Part shown: piece after piece, positions 63,976-64,000 of the stretch
Position numbering within the stretch: position 1 is the stretch's first letter
Layout: each line of letters begins with the position of its first letter
Source of the DNA: Glaucostegus cemiculus
Lineage: Eukaryota
Assembly: GCA_976551045.1 (NCBI GenBank)
Contig: CDPCPM010000026.1
Coordinates: 14,384,001 to 14,448,000 of the forward strand
Length of the DNA stretch: 64,000 nucleotides
Reading direction: 5' to 3'
Position numbers and translations under genes: made by a program
The notes under the pieces: model-generated
What the model was told of the DNA's origin: nothing
The model's database searches: none
The model's input: the letters and a program-made list of their open reading frames with translations, nothing else

Positions 63976-64000
63976 TCCACTATACTATCATGCTCTTATA

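Overview
Eukaryotic, AT-rich, CpG-depleted vertebrate DNA with no recognisable host protein-coding exon, i.e. a gene desert or large intron. The repeats are typical of cartilaginous fish: V-SINEs/HE1-like SINEs, a DeuSINE, CR1, Rex1/Babar, RTE and Penelope-derived palindromes. The SINE ending in (ATCTT)n suggests a batoid (ray/sawfish), from recall only. Almost all ORFs in the supplied track are spurious or TE remnants. Main observations: (1) a ~12 kb cluster of decayed PIF/Harbinger genes at 52.6-63.4 kb, with three transposase remnants alternating with up to four Myb/SANT partner genes and one unexplained 311-codon ORF; (2) Penelope-derived palindromic elements carrying minimal hammerhead ribozyme cores; (3) a CR1-group LINE whose 5' head and 3' tail are shared with a short SINE-like element; (4) TE-free, CpG-retaining blocks with Pbx-Hox/Meis motifs that look like developmental enhancers. 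All calls come from manual translation and pattern recognition. No database search was run, and boundaries of old repeats are approximate.
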